This document shows, in pieces, positions 50,331 to 60,167 of a stretch of DNA of 64,000 bases. Source of the DNA: Nitrosopumilus sp. (GTDB lineage Archaea > Thermoproteota > Nitrososphaeria > Nitrososphaerales > Nitrosopumilaceae). Numbering within the stretch: the stretch's first letter is position 1; each line of letters opens with the position of its first letter. The notes under the pieces are model-generated. The model worked only from the letters and a program-made list of their open reading frames with translations, was not told where the DNA came from and made no database searches. A program made the translations under genes and the position numbers. The stretch lies in NCBI GenBank assembly GCA_965218785.1, contig OZ244650.1:960001-1024000 (forward strand). The letters are read 5' to 3'.

Positions 50331-50623
50331 CAGTTTTTTCCAAAATTATCCAGTCCTTCCCATAGACGGACTTGTGATCACATACCCGGAGAAACTCGAT
50401 CGTGTTCTCACTCCAGTTGACATTGTAAATTATCCTGTATTTCCTGCCTAATATCATATGCAAAAATTCTCTTATTCTGTTTGTATTTTCCAAGATATGC
50501 TGGATTCTTAGCGCTTCGTAATTCTTGTATCAAATGATTCACCATTTCTTGAATTTTAGGATCAATGTTTTTGTATTGTTTTTTGAACGTGGTCTTGATT
50601 TCAAATTCCCAAAGATTAGTCAT
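50326..50623 (-). pseudogene. RelE/ParE-family toxin, single frameshift
   Basis: MTNLWEFEIKTTFKKQYKNID...AYDI, then after one extra base GRKYRIIYNVNWSENTIEFLRVCDHKSVYGKD. Confidence 0.82.
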
Positions 50624-50750
50624 CTTTTAACCACTGTATGAGCTTTTCGGGGGTTTTGAAATGTAGCCTGTCCTCAGCATTTGCATAAAACTCATCAATA
50701 TCTTTGATCTCCTCGGGGGTCAGGTCGTCATTCTGTTTCGTGTTTGACAT
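50616..50750 (-). CDS. Small acidic antitoxin-like protein (44 aa, below the ORF-track cut-off)
   Basis: MSNTKQNDDLTPEEIKDIDEFYANAEDRLHFKTPEKLIQWLKDD*, overlapping the toxin start. Confidence 0.72.
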   Translation of the reverse strand: MSNTKQNDDLTPEEIKDIDEFYANAEDRLHFKTPEKLIQWLKDD

Positions 50751-50798
50751 GTTTTTGTAGGTGTACCGCTACTTAAAATATATTTTGTGCGTTATTTT

Positions 50799-51371
50799 GT
50801 AAAGGGTCAAGTCGACCCTGTATCTCAAGCAGTTTTTCTGTAGTATTTAGCCCGATGTGTGATGTCGTAATGCATTTTGGAATTGATTCAAGGTCTGTTA
50901 TCTGTTTTACATGATGGGACTTATCCTGAAGATTTGTGCCGTTACATCTGGCACATTTTTTCGGTCTGTGATATGAAGAGTACACCCTTCTGTTGTGGAA
51001 GACCCCGTCGCGTTCTGCCTTCCGTCCCGGTCTGCCTTTGTTTTGGACGGGGTACTCTGATTTGCGGTTTAACGTCTTTTTCTGTCTGGCGAGGATCGAG
51101 TTATGTGATGGGGACTGTGTTCTCATATTATTTCATACGAATCTGCATCTCCTTGTTTGCAAGATGTAATTCTGTGATTGTGAGTTTTACTCCTCAATTA
51201 TTTGCAGTAAATCTTTTTGTATGACGACATTTTTCTTGTTATCTGCGATTAGTTTGGCAATATCGTCTCGTAAAATTTTGATTTCTGGATGGGACACTTC
51301 TAGATCCGCATTAATGGCATTTAGATCGGTTTGATCACAAAATTGTCCTCATACTGAACCTAACTGCTTAC
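50799..51371 (-). mobile_element. Internally deleted mini-IS66-type element
   Basis: Both ends start GTAA reading inward (50799 and 51371). It contains a coiled coil, YEN..SPS, GRPGRK and HRPKKCARC zinc-finger region fused directly to the last 55 bp also seen at 50149-50203. No target-site duplication seen. Confidence 0.75.
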
Positions 51372-51403
51372 TTTTGTTCATTGCGTACCATGATATGGGA
51401 TCA

Positions 51404-51490
51404 TGGCGCGGGGAGGGGGATTTGAACCCCCGTGTCCTTGCGGACATAGGATTAGCAATCCTACGCCCTACCAGGCTAGGCGACCCCCGC
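51404..51490 (-). tRNA. tRNA-Ser(GCT), CCA encoded
   Basis: GCGGGGG acceptor stem, TAGGA-TTGCTAA-TCCTA anticodon arm, long variable arm, GGTTCAAATCC T arm, 3' GCCA. Confidence 0.96.
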
Positions 51491-51523
51491 ACAAAGTTGA
51501 TTAGAATTAGTCTGTAAATAAAT

Positions 51524-52273
51524 TCACTCGTCGTGAAATTGGCTGTAATTACTCACAATTTCATTTATAGGCACCCTGTCTCCGCCCACGATTTTGAGAT
51601 CAATGTGGACCTTTCTGTCTGAAATCGTCATAATATTGTAGGTATTCTCAAAAAGCCCGCGAACCCTCTCAGATGTGGCAGTACCGGCATTTACAACATT
51701 TAGTTTGCCAAAATTCCAAGACCACGGCCTGTGTTTGTGCCCGCATAAAACCACATCGACATCCGTCTCCAAAACAGTCCTCAGCACATCACCGGCATCA
51801 ACTACGGTCAGCTGGTCAGATCCGGTATCTGGAATCGCGATGAGATGATGGTGCATTGCGACAATCTTTATCCTGTCCTTGTATTTTTTCATGGTTCGCC
51901 CAAGCCAGAGATTCTGTCTGTATCCCACCTCGCCCTCGTTTCTATCCGGTCTGGCAGTTCCAACTGTGACTAGGACGACATCATCATCTAACTCGTTAAT
52001 TGTTTGAAATGGAAAATACCTCTTAAACAAAAGATATCCGGTGTTGCGGTAATCGTGATTGCCGCTAATTACGATAATTTTTTCTGTCGTAAATTCGGTC
52101 AAAAGCGTCTTACATTTTTCATACTCTCTTATCAGTCCCTCGTTGGTAAGATCTCCCGTAATTACAATGACGTCGGGATTTATCGCATTTACCTCCTTGA
52201 CTAGCACATCAAATTTTTCTTGTAAAAACTGTGATCCGACATGAAGATCAGAGATTTGAACTATCTGCAACAC
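51524..52273 (-). CDS. Calcineurin-like metallophosphoesterase
   Basis: SDLH, TGD, GNHD, HHH and CGHKH motifs. Confidence 0.93.
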   Translation of the reverse strand: MLQIVQISDLHVGSQFLQEKFDVLVKEVNAINPDVIVITGDLTNEGLIREYEKCKTLLTEFTTEKIIVISGNHDYRNTGYLLFKRYFPFQTINELDDDVVLVTVGTARPDRNEGEVGYRQNLWLGRTMKKYKDRIKIVAMHHHLIAIPDTGSDQLTVVDAGDVLRTVLETDVDVVLCGHKHRPWSWNFGKLNVVNAGTATSERVRGLFENTYNIMTISDRKVHIDLKIVGGDRVPINEIVSNYSQFHDE

Positions 52274-52380
52274 AGCAACGCTGTAAAATCCCGTATTAAA
52301 CCATCCCCCATCAAAGCATGCAAATCCGTCAAATGTCCAAAGGTAGAATTAAATAATAACTGATTCAAAAACTTGCAGTT

Positions 52381-53412
52381 TTGAGCAAAAAAGCGGCGAT
52401 AATAAAAGGAGATGGCATCGGTCCTGAAGTCGTGGATTCGATGCTAAAAGTTTTAAAAGAATGCAACATCCAATCGGAGATTATTCTTTGCGAGGCTGGT
52501 TCCGAACAATGGATCAAAAACGGCAAAAAGGACAGGTCATATATTCCAGATGATACAATCAAAGTCCTAGAGGAGGTCGACGCGTGTTTTAAGGGTCCGA
52601 CTACGACCATTCCCGTGCCAGACTCTCCAAAAAGTGTGGCAGTTACACTGCGCCAAAAATTTGAACTATACTCCAACATCCGGCCTACAAAGACATATGA
52701 TAGGCTCTCCCCTGGCATCAAACTTGACTGTGTCTGTTTCAGGGAGGCAACTGAGGGCCTTTACACGGGAATAGAAGTAAAAATTACAGACGATGCGGCA
52801 ATTGCAATCAGAAAGATTACCAGACAGGGCTGTGACAGGTTCCTAAAATCCGCAATGAACTGGGCCGATCTTTACAACATGAAGAGGATGGTGGCCATCA
52901 CAAAACGAAACATCCTCAAACAGACAGATGGAATATTCTGGAATTCGGCACAAAAAGCAGTGGATGGAACAGACGTGGAATTATCAGAGATTTACATTGA
53001 CAACATGGCACAGCAGATGGTAGTTGCACCCCAGCAATTTGATGGTGCGGTACTAGTCAGTACAAACCTGTTTATGGATATCATCTCGGAACTGGCTTCG
53101 GGGCTGGTCGGGTCTATTGGTCTTATCTATTCTGCAAATATGGGCGATGACTATGCAATGTTTGAGGCCGCGCATGGAAGTGCCCCGCAATTTGCAGGAC
53201 AAAACAAGGTAAATCCGACTGCGGCAGTACTTTCTGGCGCATGGATGGCAGAATATCTGGGTGAGAAAGGCATCCGTGATGCGGTATTTGACGCGACTGA
53301 CAGGGTAATCAACGAAGGAAAGACGGTAACCTGGGATATCGGAGGCGATGCGTCAACTACCCAGATGACTGACGCAGTAATCGCATATGCAAAAGAGAAT
53401 CTCAGAAAATAA
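52381..53412 (+). CDS. Isocitrate/isopropylmalate dehydrogenase family protein
   Basis: GDGIGPEV, NLFMDIISEL, FEAAHGSAP. Confidence 0.93.
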   Translation: MSKKAAIIKGDGIGPEVVDSMLKVLKECNIQSEIILCEAGSEQWIKNGKKDRSYIPDDTIKVLEEVDACFKGPTTTIPVPDSPKSVAVTLRQKFELYSNIRPTKTYDRLSPGIKLDCVCFREATEGLYTGIEVKITDDAAIAIRKITRQGCDRFLKSAMNWADLYNMKRMVAITKRNILKQTDGIFWNSAQKAVDGTDVELSEIYIDNMAQQMVVAPQQFDGAVLVSTNLFMDIISELASGLVGSIGLIYSANMGDDYAMFEAAHGSAPQFAGQNKVNPTAAVLSGAWMAEYLGEKGIRDAVFDATDRVINEGKTVTWDIGGDASTTQMTDAVIAYAKENLRK

Positions 53413-53946
53413 TCACTTTACGGCCTCGACTAGGATCAGCTCTTCAAAGAACAGCTTCTTTTTTGCCACAATCCTCGTCTTCATATCGTGGTTCTGTATG
53501 TAACTGATGAGTTTTTGATGGTTTGAAAGCGAGGATGTTACAAACACAAACTTGCCGTTTTTTTTGATGTTATGATGTGCCGAATCAAATATCTTTTTTG
53601 GAATTTCAAATCCTTCTGCACCGCCATCTGTTGCAGCATCCAGAATTTCATTCGTTGCAAGATATGGCAGGTTACAAACAACAAGATCAAATTTTACAGC
53701 CAGCGCATCAGAACCGTTGCAGCAGACCAGGCTGTCTGTCTTATACGTCTGATTTCTTAGGACATCAAAATTGATATCAGTTCCCACCACGTGTGAAAAA
53801 TTCCTGCAAAGCAGCCTTGTTAGATATCCCGAACCGCTTCCGATGTCCAGGGCAAGACCCCCCTTTTCATCTTCAATGTTCTCTGCCATAAAAAAAGTGT
53901 CTTCGGATGGGGGATATTCATCGTTTTTCAAGGATTTGATCTGCAA
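53413..53946 (-). CDS. HemK/PrmC-type methyltransferase
   Basis: YPPSEDT, LDIGSGSG, NLPY. Confidence 0.88.
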   Translation of the reverse strand: MQIKSLKNDEYPPSEDTFFMAENIEDEKGGLALDIGSGSGYLTRLLCRNFSHVVGTDINFDVLRNQTYKTDSLVCCNGSDALAVKFDLVVCNLPYLATNEILDAATDGGAEGFEIPKKIFDSAHHNIKKNGKFVFVTSSLSNHQKLISYIQNHDMKTRIVAKKKLFFEELILVEAVK

Positions 53947-54625
53947 GACTGATTATTTCATCTCCTGATAGTTCGTCTATCCGTCTGTCTATTACAGTTT
54001 CCCTGTCAAACTGCTTTAGAATATTCTTGATGGTTTTTCGCCTGTATGAGAAGATCCTGTTAATTAACTGAATCACCTCTTTTTTCATGATGTTTTTCTG
54101 AACTATCTTCAGAATTACAGAGTCCACCCTTGGCGGCGGGGAAAAATTGTTTCTTCCCACCTTGGAAACAATCTTGATCTCAAAGGCATGATTGGCAATG
54201 ATGCTTATGGCCTTTCTCCTTGCGGATTTTGCAAATAATTTATCTGCAAACTCTTTTTGAACCATTATTACGCCATGGGAAAAACGGGTTTGGGCAAGCC
54301 ACTCTATTGCATCCCTGCTTCTAGAATACGGCAGGTTTGATACAAAAACAGAAAAGGGCTCCCTGCTCCTAAAACCGTCCCCTGATCTTAAGACAAGATT
54401 ATCAATATCAGAAAACGCGGATTTTGCATTACTGACCAGTCTCTTGTCTGCATCCATGGAGACTACCTTCCCCGCCCTTGCACACAGCAGCGGGGTCAGG
54501 ATTCCCAATCCTGTTCCAAGCTCAAATACGGTATCTTCTTTTTTTATTCGAGCCTCTAAAACAATCGACTCTGCTATTGAATTTGAGCTAAGAAAGTGCT
54601 GTCCAAGCTGTTTTCGTTTTATCAT
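53918..54625 (-). CDS. rsmA: 16S rRNA adenine dimethyltransferase
   Basis: LGQHFL, ELGTGLG, SNLPY, FSPPPRVDS. Confidence 0.93.
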   Translation of the reverse strand: MIKRKQLGQHFLSSNSIAESIVLEARIKKEDTVFELGTGLGILTPLLCARAGKVVSMDADKRLVSNAKSAFSDIDNLVLRSGDGFRSREPFSVFVSNLPYSRSRDAIEWLAQTRFSHGVIMVQKEFADKLFAKSARRKAISIIANHAFEIKIVSKVGRNNFSPPPRVDSVILKIVQKNIMKKEVIQLINRIFSYRRKTIKNILKQFDRETVIDRRIDELSGDEIISLADQILEKR

Positions 54626-55200
54626 TTTTTTACAAAGAGATTCATTCGGCTTTCACCGGTAATTTCATCTATGATTCGTTCTGAGATGTGCATTATTGGA
54701 TCCTTGAATCCGACCCTGTCCTGCAAATCCTGATAGCTCTCAAACTTTGCCTTTTCCCGCTCATCTAACATTGTTTTCATGTATATCTTTCCAATTCCTG
54801 GAATTAATTCCAGTGCATGAATTCGCGGTGTTAATGGCTGCGCGTTATTTAGATACTCGACAAACTTTGACTCGTTGTTAGTTACAATGTCTTCTATGAC
54901 TGCAGGCAGTTCACTTTGTGCCGATGATGAGATCTGTTCATAGTCCATCTTTCCCAAAACAGACAGGATTTTGGTCCGTCCCTCCTTTCCAATATAGATT
55001 CTCTCGCCGACTTCAAATGTAGAATTGGGAACTCCTAGAACCTCTAAAAGAGTCAGACGATCTTCTCCGACGGATGTAATTATGATTCCGTCTCTTCCCT
55101 TCACCGTTGATGATTTGCCCCTGGGATTAAAATCTAGAACATATGCATATTCTTCATATTTTCTAGGGGAACTTTGTGCCCTATACAAAATAAATTCCAC
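54622..55200 (-). CDS. DUF655 family protein
   Basis: EEYAYVLDF and HALELIPGIGK HhH motif, in its canonical position between rpoF and rsmA. Confidence 0.9.
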   Translation of the reverse strand: MEFILYRAQSSPRKYEEYAYVLDFNPRGKSSTVKGRDGIIITSVGEDRLTLLEVLGVPNSTFEVGERIYIGKEGRTKILSVLGKMDYEQISSSAQSELPAVIEDIVTNNESKFVEYLNNAQPLTPRIHALELIPGIGKIYMKTMLDEREKAKFESYQDLQDRVGFKDPIMHISERIIDEITGESRMNLFVKK

Positions 55201-55206
55201 CTAAAG

Positions 55207-55533
55207 TTAGGAATGCTCCCTGATAATCATGAGCATTTTTTGCAGAGTTTCAGCAAGAATAAGTTTTTTCCAGCCAAACGTAAAAGAGCGCAGTTCTGCC
55301 AGGCTTGTGGGTTTGATGTTTACAATTTCAACTGCCTCGTCTTCGGTTAGTTCACAATCTTTCATGAGTTTCTTTTTCATTTCTTTTGCATCCTTGGACT
55401 CGTTTGTTACGAATTTTGAGACATAGTCATAGGTCCAACGTTGAATTTGATCCATCGCCTCAACATCCACCTTGCCTAAAATCTCTTTAACTTCTGAGAG
55501 TGAAATTGCTTGTTTCTTTTTTATCTCTTCCAT
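55207..55533 (-). CDS. rpoF: RNA polymerase subunit F (Rpo4)
   Basis: ISLSEVKEIL...AVEIVNIKP..ELR and synteny. Confidence 0.9.
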   Translation of the reverse strand: MEEIKKKQAISLSEVKEILGKVDVEAMDQIQRWTYDYVSKFVTNESKDAKEMKKKLMKDCELTEDEAVEIVNIKPTSLAELRSFTFGWKKLILAETLQKMLMIIREHS

Positions 55534-55535
55534 CT

Positions 55536-55835
55536 TTATACCCCGAATGGTTTTATATGATCCAGCCTAGTGATTAAGGTTTTCGATTTGTTTCCTAGTT
55601 TCACATCTAGTGTTATGGCACGTCTGCCGACATTTATGACGCGGCCCACCTTGCCGTGGTATCGCCTGTGTGGCAGTCCCTTGTGTTGTCTGGGATCAAT
55701 GATGACTAGTGCCTGCTGGCCCTCATGATATTCACGCAACAAAAACGAGACTCCCCTGGGAGCCTTTTTCTTCATGACCGATCTGGATTTGTGTCTAAAT
55801 CCGTGTGAACGGCCATGGGATTTCTTGGTTGCCAT
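55536..55835 (-). CDS. rpl21e: 50S ribosomal protein L21e
   Basis: SHGFRHKSR and KGLPHRRYHGKVG. ATG at 55835. Confidence 0.95.
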   Translation of the reverse strand: MATKKSHGRSHGFRHKSRSVMKKKAPRGVSFLLREYHEGQQALVIIDPRQHKGLPHRRYHGKVGRVINVGRRAITLDVKLGNKSKTLITRLDHIKPFGV

Positions 55836-55883
55836 GTAGAGTGAAACCTTCAAAAGCCCTATTTTAACACTTAGGAAATAATT

Positions 55884-56948
55884 TCAGGATTCACCCAACT
55901 GATCTGTTCTGAGTTGACCGCAAGCAGCTGAGATCTCTGTGCCTTTTTCCACACGGACGGTACAATTCACCCCGGCATCATGCAGGATTCGTTCAAATTC
56001 AAGAACGTGTTTTTCTGAAGGTCGCTGGAAATTGCCTGCAGTGGGGTTGATTGGAATCAGGTTTACATGGGATCCGTTTCCCTCTAAAAGTTTTGCCAGT
56101 TCGTATGCTATTTCAGGGGAATCGTTAATTCCCCTCATCAGGGCGTATTCAAACGTCACGCGGCGTCCTGTTTTTTTGTAATAACTCCTTCCAGCTTTTA
56201 TGATGTCCTCGACTGAGCTGGGTCCTGCGGTGGGAACCAGTTCCTTCCGAAGCTTGTTGTTTGGGGAATGCAGTGAAATGGCAAGACCGATCTGCAGGTT
56301 CTCATCTGCCAGTCTGTCGATTCCAGATACAATGCCAATCGTACTGATGGTAATGTGCCTCTGACCCAGTCCAAAACCCCTGTCATGTGTTAAAATTTTC
56401 ACTGCCCGAATCATCTCATCATAGTTTGCCATCGGCTCACCCATTCCCATAAAGACTATGTTTGTCACATGCTCGCCTCGTTGCTGTAAAATCTCTGCAA
56501 AATGAATTACCTGGGATACAATGTGTTCTGCTTTGAGATTTGTTTCAAATCCCATCTGGCCTGTCGCACAAAACACGCATCCCATCGCACATCCGATCTG
56601 AGTAGAAACACAGATTGTTGATCTTGGGTGACCGCCAATCTTTTTTGGATCATATTGCATCAGAACAACTTCTACTGCGGATTCGCCATCTAGCTGCAGC
56701 AGCAGTTTGGTTGTATCGCCATCATTACTTACAATCCGATGTGTCTCTTTTGCAGAACCTATGACGTATCCGGCATCGGTTAGATCCTCCCTTAGTTTTT
56801 TTGGCAGCTGGGGTATGTCTTTGATATTTTTTGGAAATTTGTAATAAAGTGGCAGCAGTATCTGGTCTGCGCGGTATCTGGGATAACCCATATCCGTTAT
56901 AACCTGTTCCATCTCTTCAGGCAGCAGGCGATAAAGATCCGTCGTCAT
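55884..56948 (-). CDS. rlmN: Radical-SAM RNA methyltransferase RlmN
   Basis: CVSTQIGCAMGCVFCATG, MGMGEP, C-terminal AACGQL. Confidence 0.92.
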   Translation of the reverse strand: MTTDLYRLLPEEMEQVITDMGYPRYRADQILLPLYYKFPKNIKDIPQLPKKLREDLTDAGYVIGSAKETHRIVSNDGDTTKLLLQLDGESAVEVVLMQYDPKKIGGHPRSTICVSTQIGCAMGCVFCATGQMGFETNLKAEHIVSQVIHFAEILQQRGEHVTNIVFMGMGEPMANYDEMIRAVKILTHDRGFGLGQRHITISTIGIVSGIDRLADENLQIGLAISLHSPNNKLRKELVPTAGPSSVEDIIKAGRSYYKKTGRRVTFEYALMRGINDSPEIAYELAKLLEGNGSHVNLIPINPTAGNFQRPSEKHVLEFERILHDAGVNCTVRVEKGTEISAACGQLRTDQLGES

Positions 56949-57008
56949 GTATTAACAGATATGAAATTATATTATAATCTACCCTAATAATAAAAATAAA
57001 AGAAGAGG

Positions 57009-58256
57009 TTAATCTTCTGTTGGTTCTATATCGTCTAATTCGACGTCGTCATCGTCATCTATCGCAGTATCTACCACCGTATCTACCACCGTATCTACCA
57101 TAGTCTTTTCAGGGGTCTCTACTTTTGGAGTTTCGATGGTTGCCTCGTCAGTCTCTGCTGGGGTCTCTACTTTTGGAGTTTCGATGGTTGCCTCGTCAGT
57201 CTTTGCAGGGGTCTCTACTGGAGTCTCCACCTTTGGCTCTTTTGCACTTTTGACACTTGCCTTTTTGGCAGTTTTTTTAGTCTTTTTCTCCATATCTTCG
57301 ATGTCTATCACACCTGCTTCTCCTAGAGCAAAGATCACTTCTTCTTCTGGGTGGTGAGGACTGTCTACCATCCTGGCAATTCGCTTCTTTCCTGACTTTT
57401 TGAAGTAGATTCTGTAGGTACTCGTATGTGCAACCACGTTTCCACCAACTGGACGTGTTGGATCACCAAAGAAGACATCAGGGGATGCCATGACTTGGTT
57501 GGTTGCAATTGCGGCACAGTTGTATGTTTCTGCAATCCTGGACAACAGATGAACAAAGTGATTTAATTTTTGCTGTCTGTTTGATAGTGTTCCACGTCCA
57601 AGATATTCAGAACGGAACAATCCAACTGCAGAGTCTACAACAATTAGCTTGATGTTGTTTTCATCAATTACCGCACCTGCTTCTTCTAGAATTAGTGTTT
57701 GATGTGCGCTGTTGTATGCACGTGCAACAATGATGTTGTCTAGAGCTTTTTCAGGATCCATTTCATTGGCTTGGGCAATGGATACAATTCTTTCAGGTCT
57801 GAAAGTATTTTCAGTATCAATATACAGAACATTGCCTTCAAGACCCCCCTCTTCTTTGCTTTTTTGTACCATTACAGACATTGTATGGGCAAATTGTGTT
57901 TTACCACAACCAAATTCACCATAAACTTCGGTTAATGCCTGAGTCTCAACACCGCCGTCAAATAGCGTATCAAGACAGTTTGTCCCCGTTGTAATCTTGC
58001 CAATATTTTGTCGGTGTTTGTAAATCTCACTTGCACTAACAAAATCTTTGGCAAGTAATCCGCCTTCAACGAGATGCTGTCTGGCTTTGTTGACAATTTT
58101 TTCAGCAGTGTCTTTTTCCATCCCGGTTATTTCTGCGATCTCAACCGGGCCTCTTACGATGAGATCCATGACGTTGTGGATACCTGCATCGGATAATTTT
58201 CTTGTAGTTACAGGACCTACGCCCTCTAAACTATCGAGTCTTAAATCTTCTACCAT
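57009..58256 (-). CDS. radA: DNA repair and recombination protein RadA with long low-complexity C-terminal tail
   Basis: HhH N-terminus, GEFGCGKTQ, YIDTENTFRPER, RIARMVDSP. Confidence 0.96.
   Translation of the reverse strand: MVEDLRLDSLEGVGPVTTRKLSDAGIHNVMDLIVRGPVEIAEITGMEKDTAEKIVNKARQHLVEGGLLAKDFVSASEIYKHRQNIGKITTGTNCLDTLFDGGVETQALTEVYGEFGCGKTQFAHTMSVMVQKSKEEGGLEGNVLYIDTENTFRPERIVSIAQANEMDPEKALDNIIVARAYNSAHQTLILEEAGAVIDENNIKLIVVDSAVGLFRSEYLGRGTLSNRQQKLNHFVHLLSRIAETYNCAAIATNQVMASPDVFFGDPTRPVGGNVVAHTSTYRIYFKKSGKKRIARMVDSPHHPEEEVIFALGEAGVIDIEDMEKKTKKTAKKASVKSAKEPKVETPVETPAKTDEATIETPKVETPAETDEATIETPKVETPEKTMVDTVVDTVVDTAIDDDDDVELDDIEPTED
57067..57216 (-). repeat. Coding repeats in the RadA tail: 48-bp unit x2 and 12-bp unit x3
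   Basis: GGGGTCTCTACTTTTGGAGTTTCGATGGTTGCCTCGTCAGTCT at 57112 and 57160. GTATCTACCA-based 12-mers from 57067. Confidence 0.85.
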
Positions 58257-58432
58257 ACCGTATAGTACGGTACGTGTACTTTATAAGAGTATCGTTTTTC
58301 GCTTGGGGCGATCTTATGTATCCTGTATGGAACAATTCGTTGATCAGCACCTACCCCAAATGCCGTCGGACATTTTGACAGACCGCTTTTAATTGTCGCC
58401 GTCTTGGTTGAATACGACAGAAAACTGCCAAG

Positions 58433-59008
58433 CTAGGGGCGGTCTAACAGAATACGTTCTGCAAGAAATTCTTCTATCTCCGAGGAACTGTATCCTTCTG
58501 ACTCTAGACCATCTTTCATATCTGCAATCGTAATCTCACCCTTGTCATATTTGTGCAGGAAAAATTCTTCAAATATTTCCAGAGGCAGTTTTGAGGGGTA
58601 TGGTGTGTCATCATATATGCACTCAGATTCAGAAGCCCTACAGCTTGCAATCGGGGACAGTACTGCAAATATCATTATTAGTATGACAACACCAAAGATT
58701 GCAGGAATTACAAAAGTACGCATGGTAATCCGCCTGTCTGAACGGATGTTTTTTAATCCACTAAACGTCAAAAACGCGCCTGCGCCTATAATACATGATA
58801 CGATTACAGAAAGTGATCCGTGATAGTAACAATACTCTTCAGTCCAATAAGATTTACCATACGAGGCTAGGAAATCTGTAGTCTTTAAGACGCATCCATA
58901 TGTGAAGGAATGGACAGTGGACTGGGGGGTATGCTCTATAAAAGAAAAGACGGCTCCCAAAACCAGCAGAAATATTCCACATCCAAGTATAAAGAATTTT
59001 GGAGACAA
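58433..59008 (-). CDS. Three-TM hypothetical protein, tandem paralogue 1
   Basis: Near-identical to 59595-60167 except in two segments. Confidence 0.85.
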   Translation of the reverse strand: MSPKFFILGCGIFLLVLGAVFSFIEHTPQSTVHSFTYGCVLKTTDFLASYGKSYWTEEYCYYHGSLSVIVSCIIGAGAFLTFSGLKNIRSDRRITMRTFVIPAIFGVVILIMIFAVLSPIASCRASESECIYDDTPYPSKLPLEIFEEFFLHKYDKGEITIADMKDGLESEGYSSSEIEEFLAERILLDRP

Positions 59009-59266
59009 TATAAAAAAAAAGAAAAGGGTGTTTATGTATGTTTCTTACTCGAAACTGTGCGGTGTAGTACCGCCACCCTTCTTTAGGATGATCAAATCTG
59101 CCGTCAAATGTTCCAATGATGTTAGTTTCAAAAATAAAATATTCCACAATTAATCATTCATTACATGTGGATGTTATTATTGATTATGTGTGGTGCATTT
59201 TACTATGATAAATTCATGGGAATTAACATCCAATGATTGTTCCTACCGTCGTAATTAATTGGGACA

Positions 59267-59572
59267 TTAAGAATTGCGTTTACTTTGATAATATCTGTTA
59301 ATAATATATGCGATTGGCATCCATTGGATCATACTTGAAATAATTACCAACAAAGGAAACATAAGCCATTGATATTGCCGTAAATCCTCTTTATACTGAA
59401 AATATGGAACCGTATTTACAAAAATTAGACTACTTGGTTGATACAAAGCTATTTGCAATATTGACTCTTTGACTTCTTTATCTAATGGTAAAAAAAGTAG
59501 CGGATTGAATAATAATAATAAAATCCCTAAAAGTACTAGTCTGCAAATAATAAAAATGAAATTTTATTCAAA
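59267..59572 (-). pseudogene. Small frameshifted membrane protein
   Basis: TTG-started MNKISFLLFA, then in a shifted frame LVLLGILLLLFNPLLFLPLDKEVKESILQIALYQP...SKRNS*. Confidence 0.45.
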
Positions 59573-59594
59573 ATAAAAAAGGGATTTAGAAATA

Positions 59595-60167
59595 CTAGGG
59601 ACGGTCTAACAGAATACGTTCTGCAAGAAATTCTTCTATTTCCAAGGAACTGTATCCTTCTCTATCTAGAATATCTTTCATATCTGCAATCGTAAACTCA
59701 CCCTTGTCATATTTGTCCATGAAAAATCTTTCAAGTATTTCCAGAGACATTTTTGAGGGGTATGGTGTGTCATCGTATATGCACTCAGATTCAGCCCTAC
59801 AGCTTGCAATCGGGGACAGTACTGCAAATATCATTATTAGTATGACAACACCAAAGATTGCAGGAATTACAAAAGTACGCATGGTAATCCGCCTGTCTGA
59901 ACGGATGTTTTTTAATCCACTAAACGTCAAAAACGCGCCTGCGCCTATAATACATGATATGATTACAGAAAGTGATCCGTAATAGTAACACGTCGCTTCA
60001 GACAAAAAACCGTTACCATGTGTGGATATGGAATCCTCAATAGTAAAGACGCAGTCATATGTGAAGGCATGGACGGTAGAGAAGAGGGCATGTTCTATAA
60101 GAGAAAAGACGGCTCCCAAAACCAGCAGAAATATCCCACATCCAAGTATAAAGAATTTTAGATACAT
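59595..60167 (-). CDS. Three-TM hypothetical protein, tandem paralogue 2
   Basis: Direct repeat of 58433-59008, including some upstream sequence. Confidence 0.85.
   Translation of the reverse strand: MYLKFFILGCGIFLLVLGAVFSLIEHALFSTVHAFTYDCVFTIEDSISTHGNGFLSEATCYYYGSLSVIISCIIGAGAFLTFSGLKNIRSDRRITMRTFVIPAIFGVVILIMIFAVLSPIASCRAESECIYDDTPYPSKMSLEILERFFMDKYDKGEFTIADMKDILDREGYSSLEIEEFLAERILLDRP

Noticed and set aside
55884-56948. Cfr antibiotic-resistance methyltransferase
   Set aside because: The motifs (MGMGEP, STQIGCAMGC) fit RlmN rather than Cfr.
58800-60110. Template/variable repeat pair of a diversity-generating retroelement
   Set aside because: The differences between the copies are not adenine-specific, both copies are full genes, and there is no reverse transcriptase in the window.
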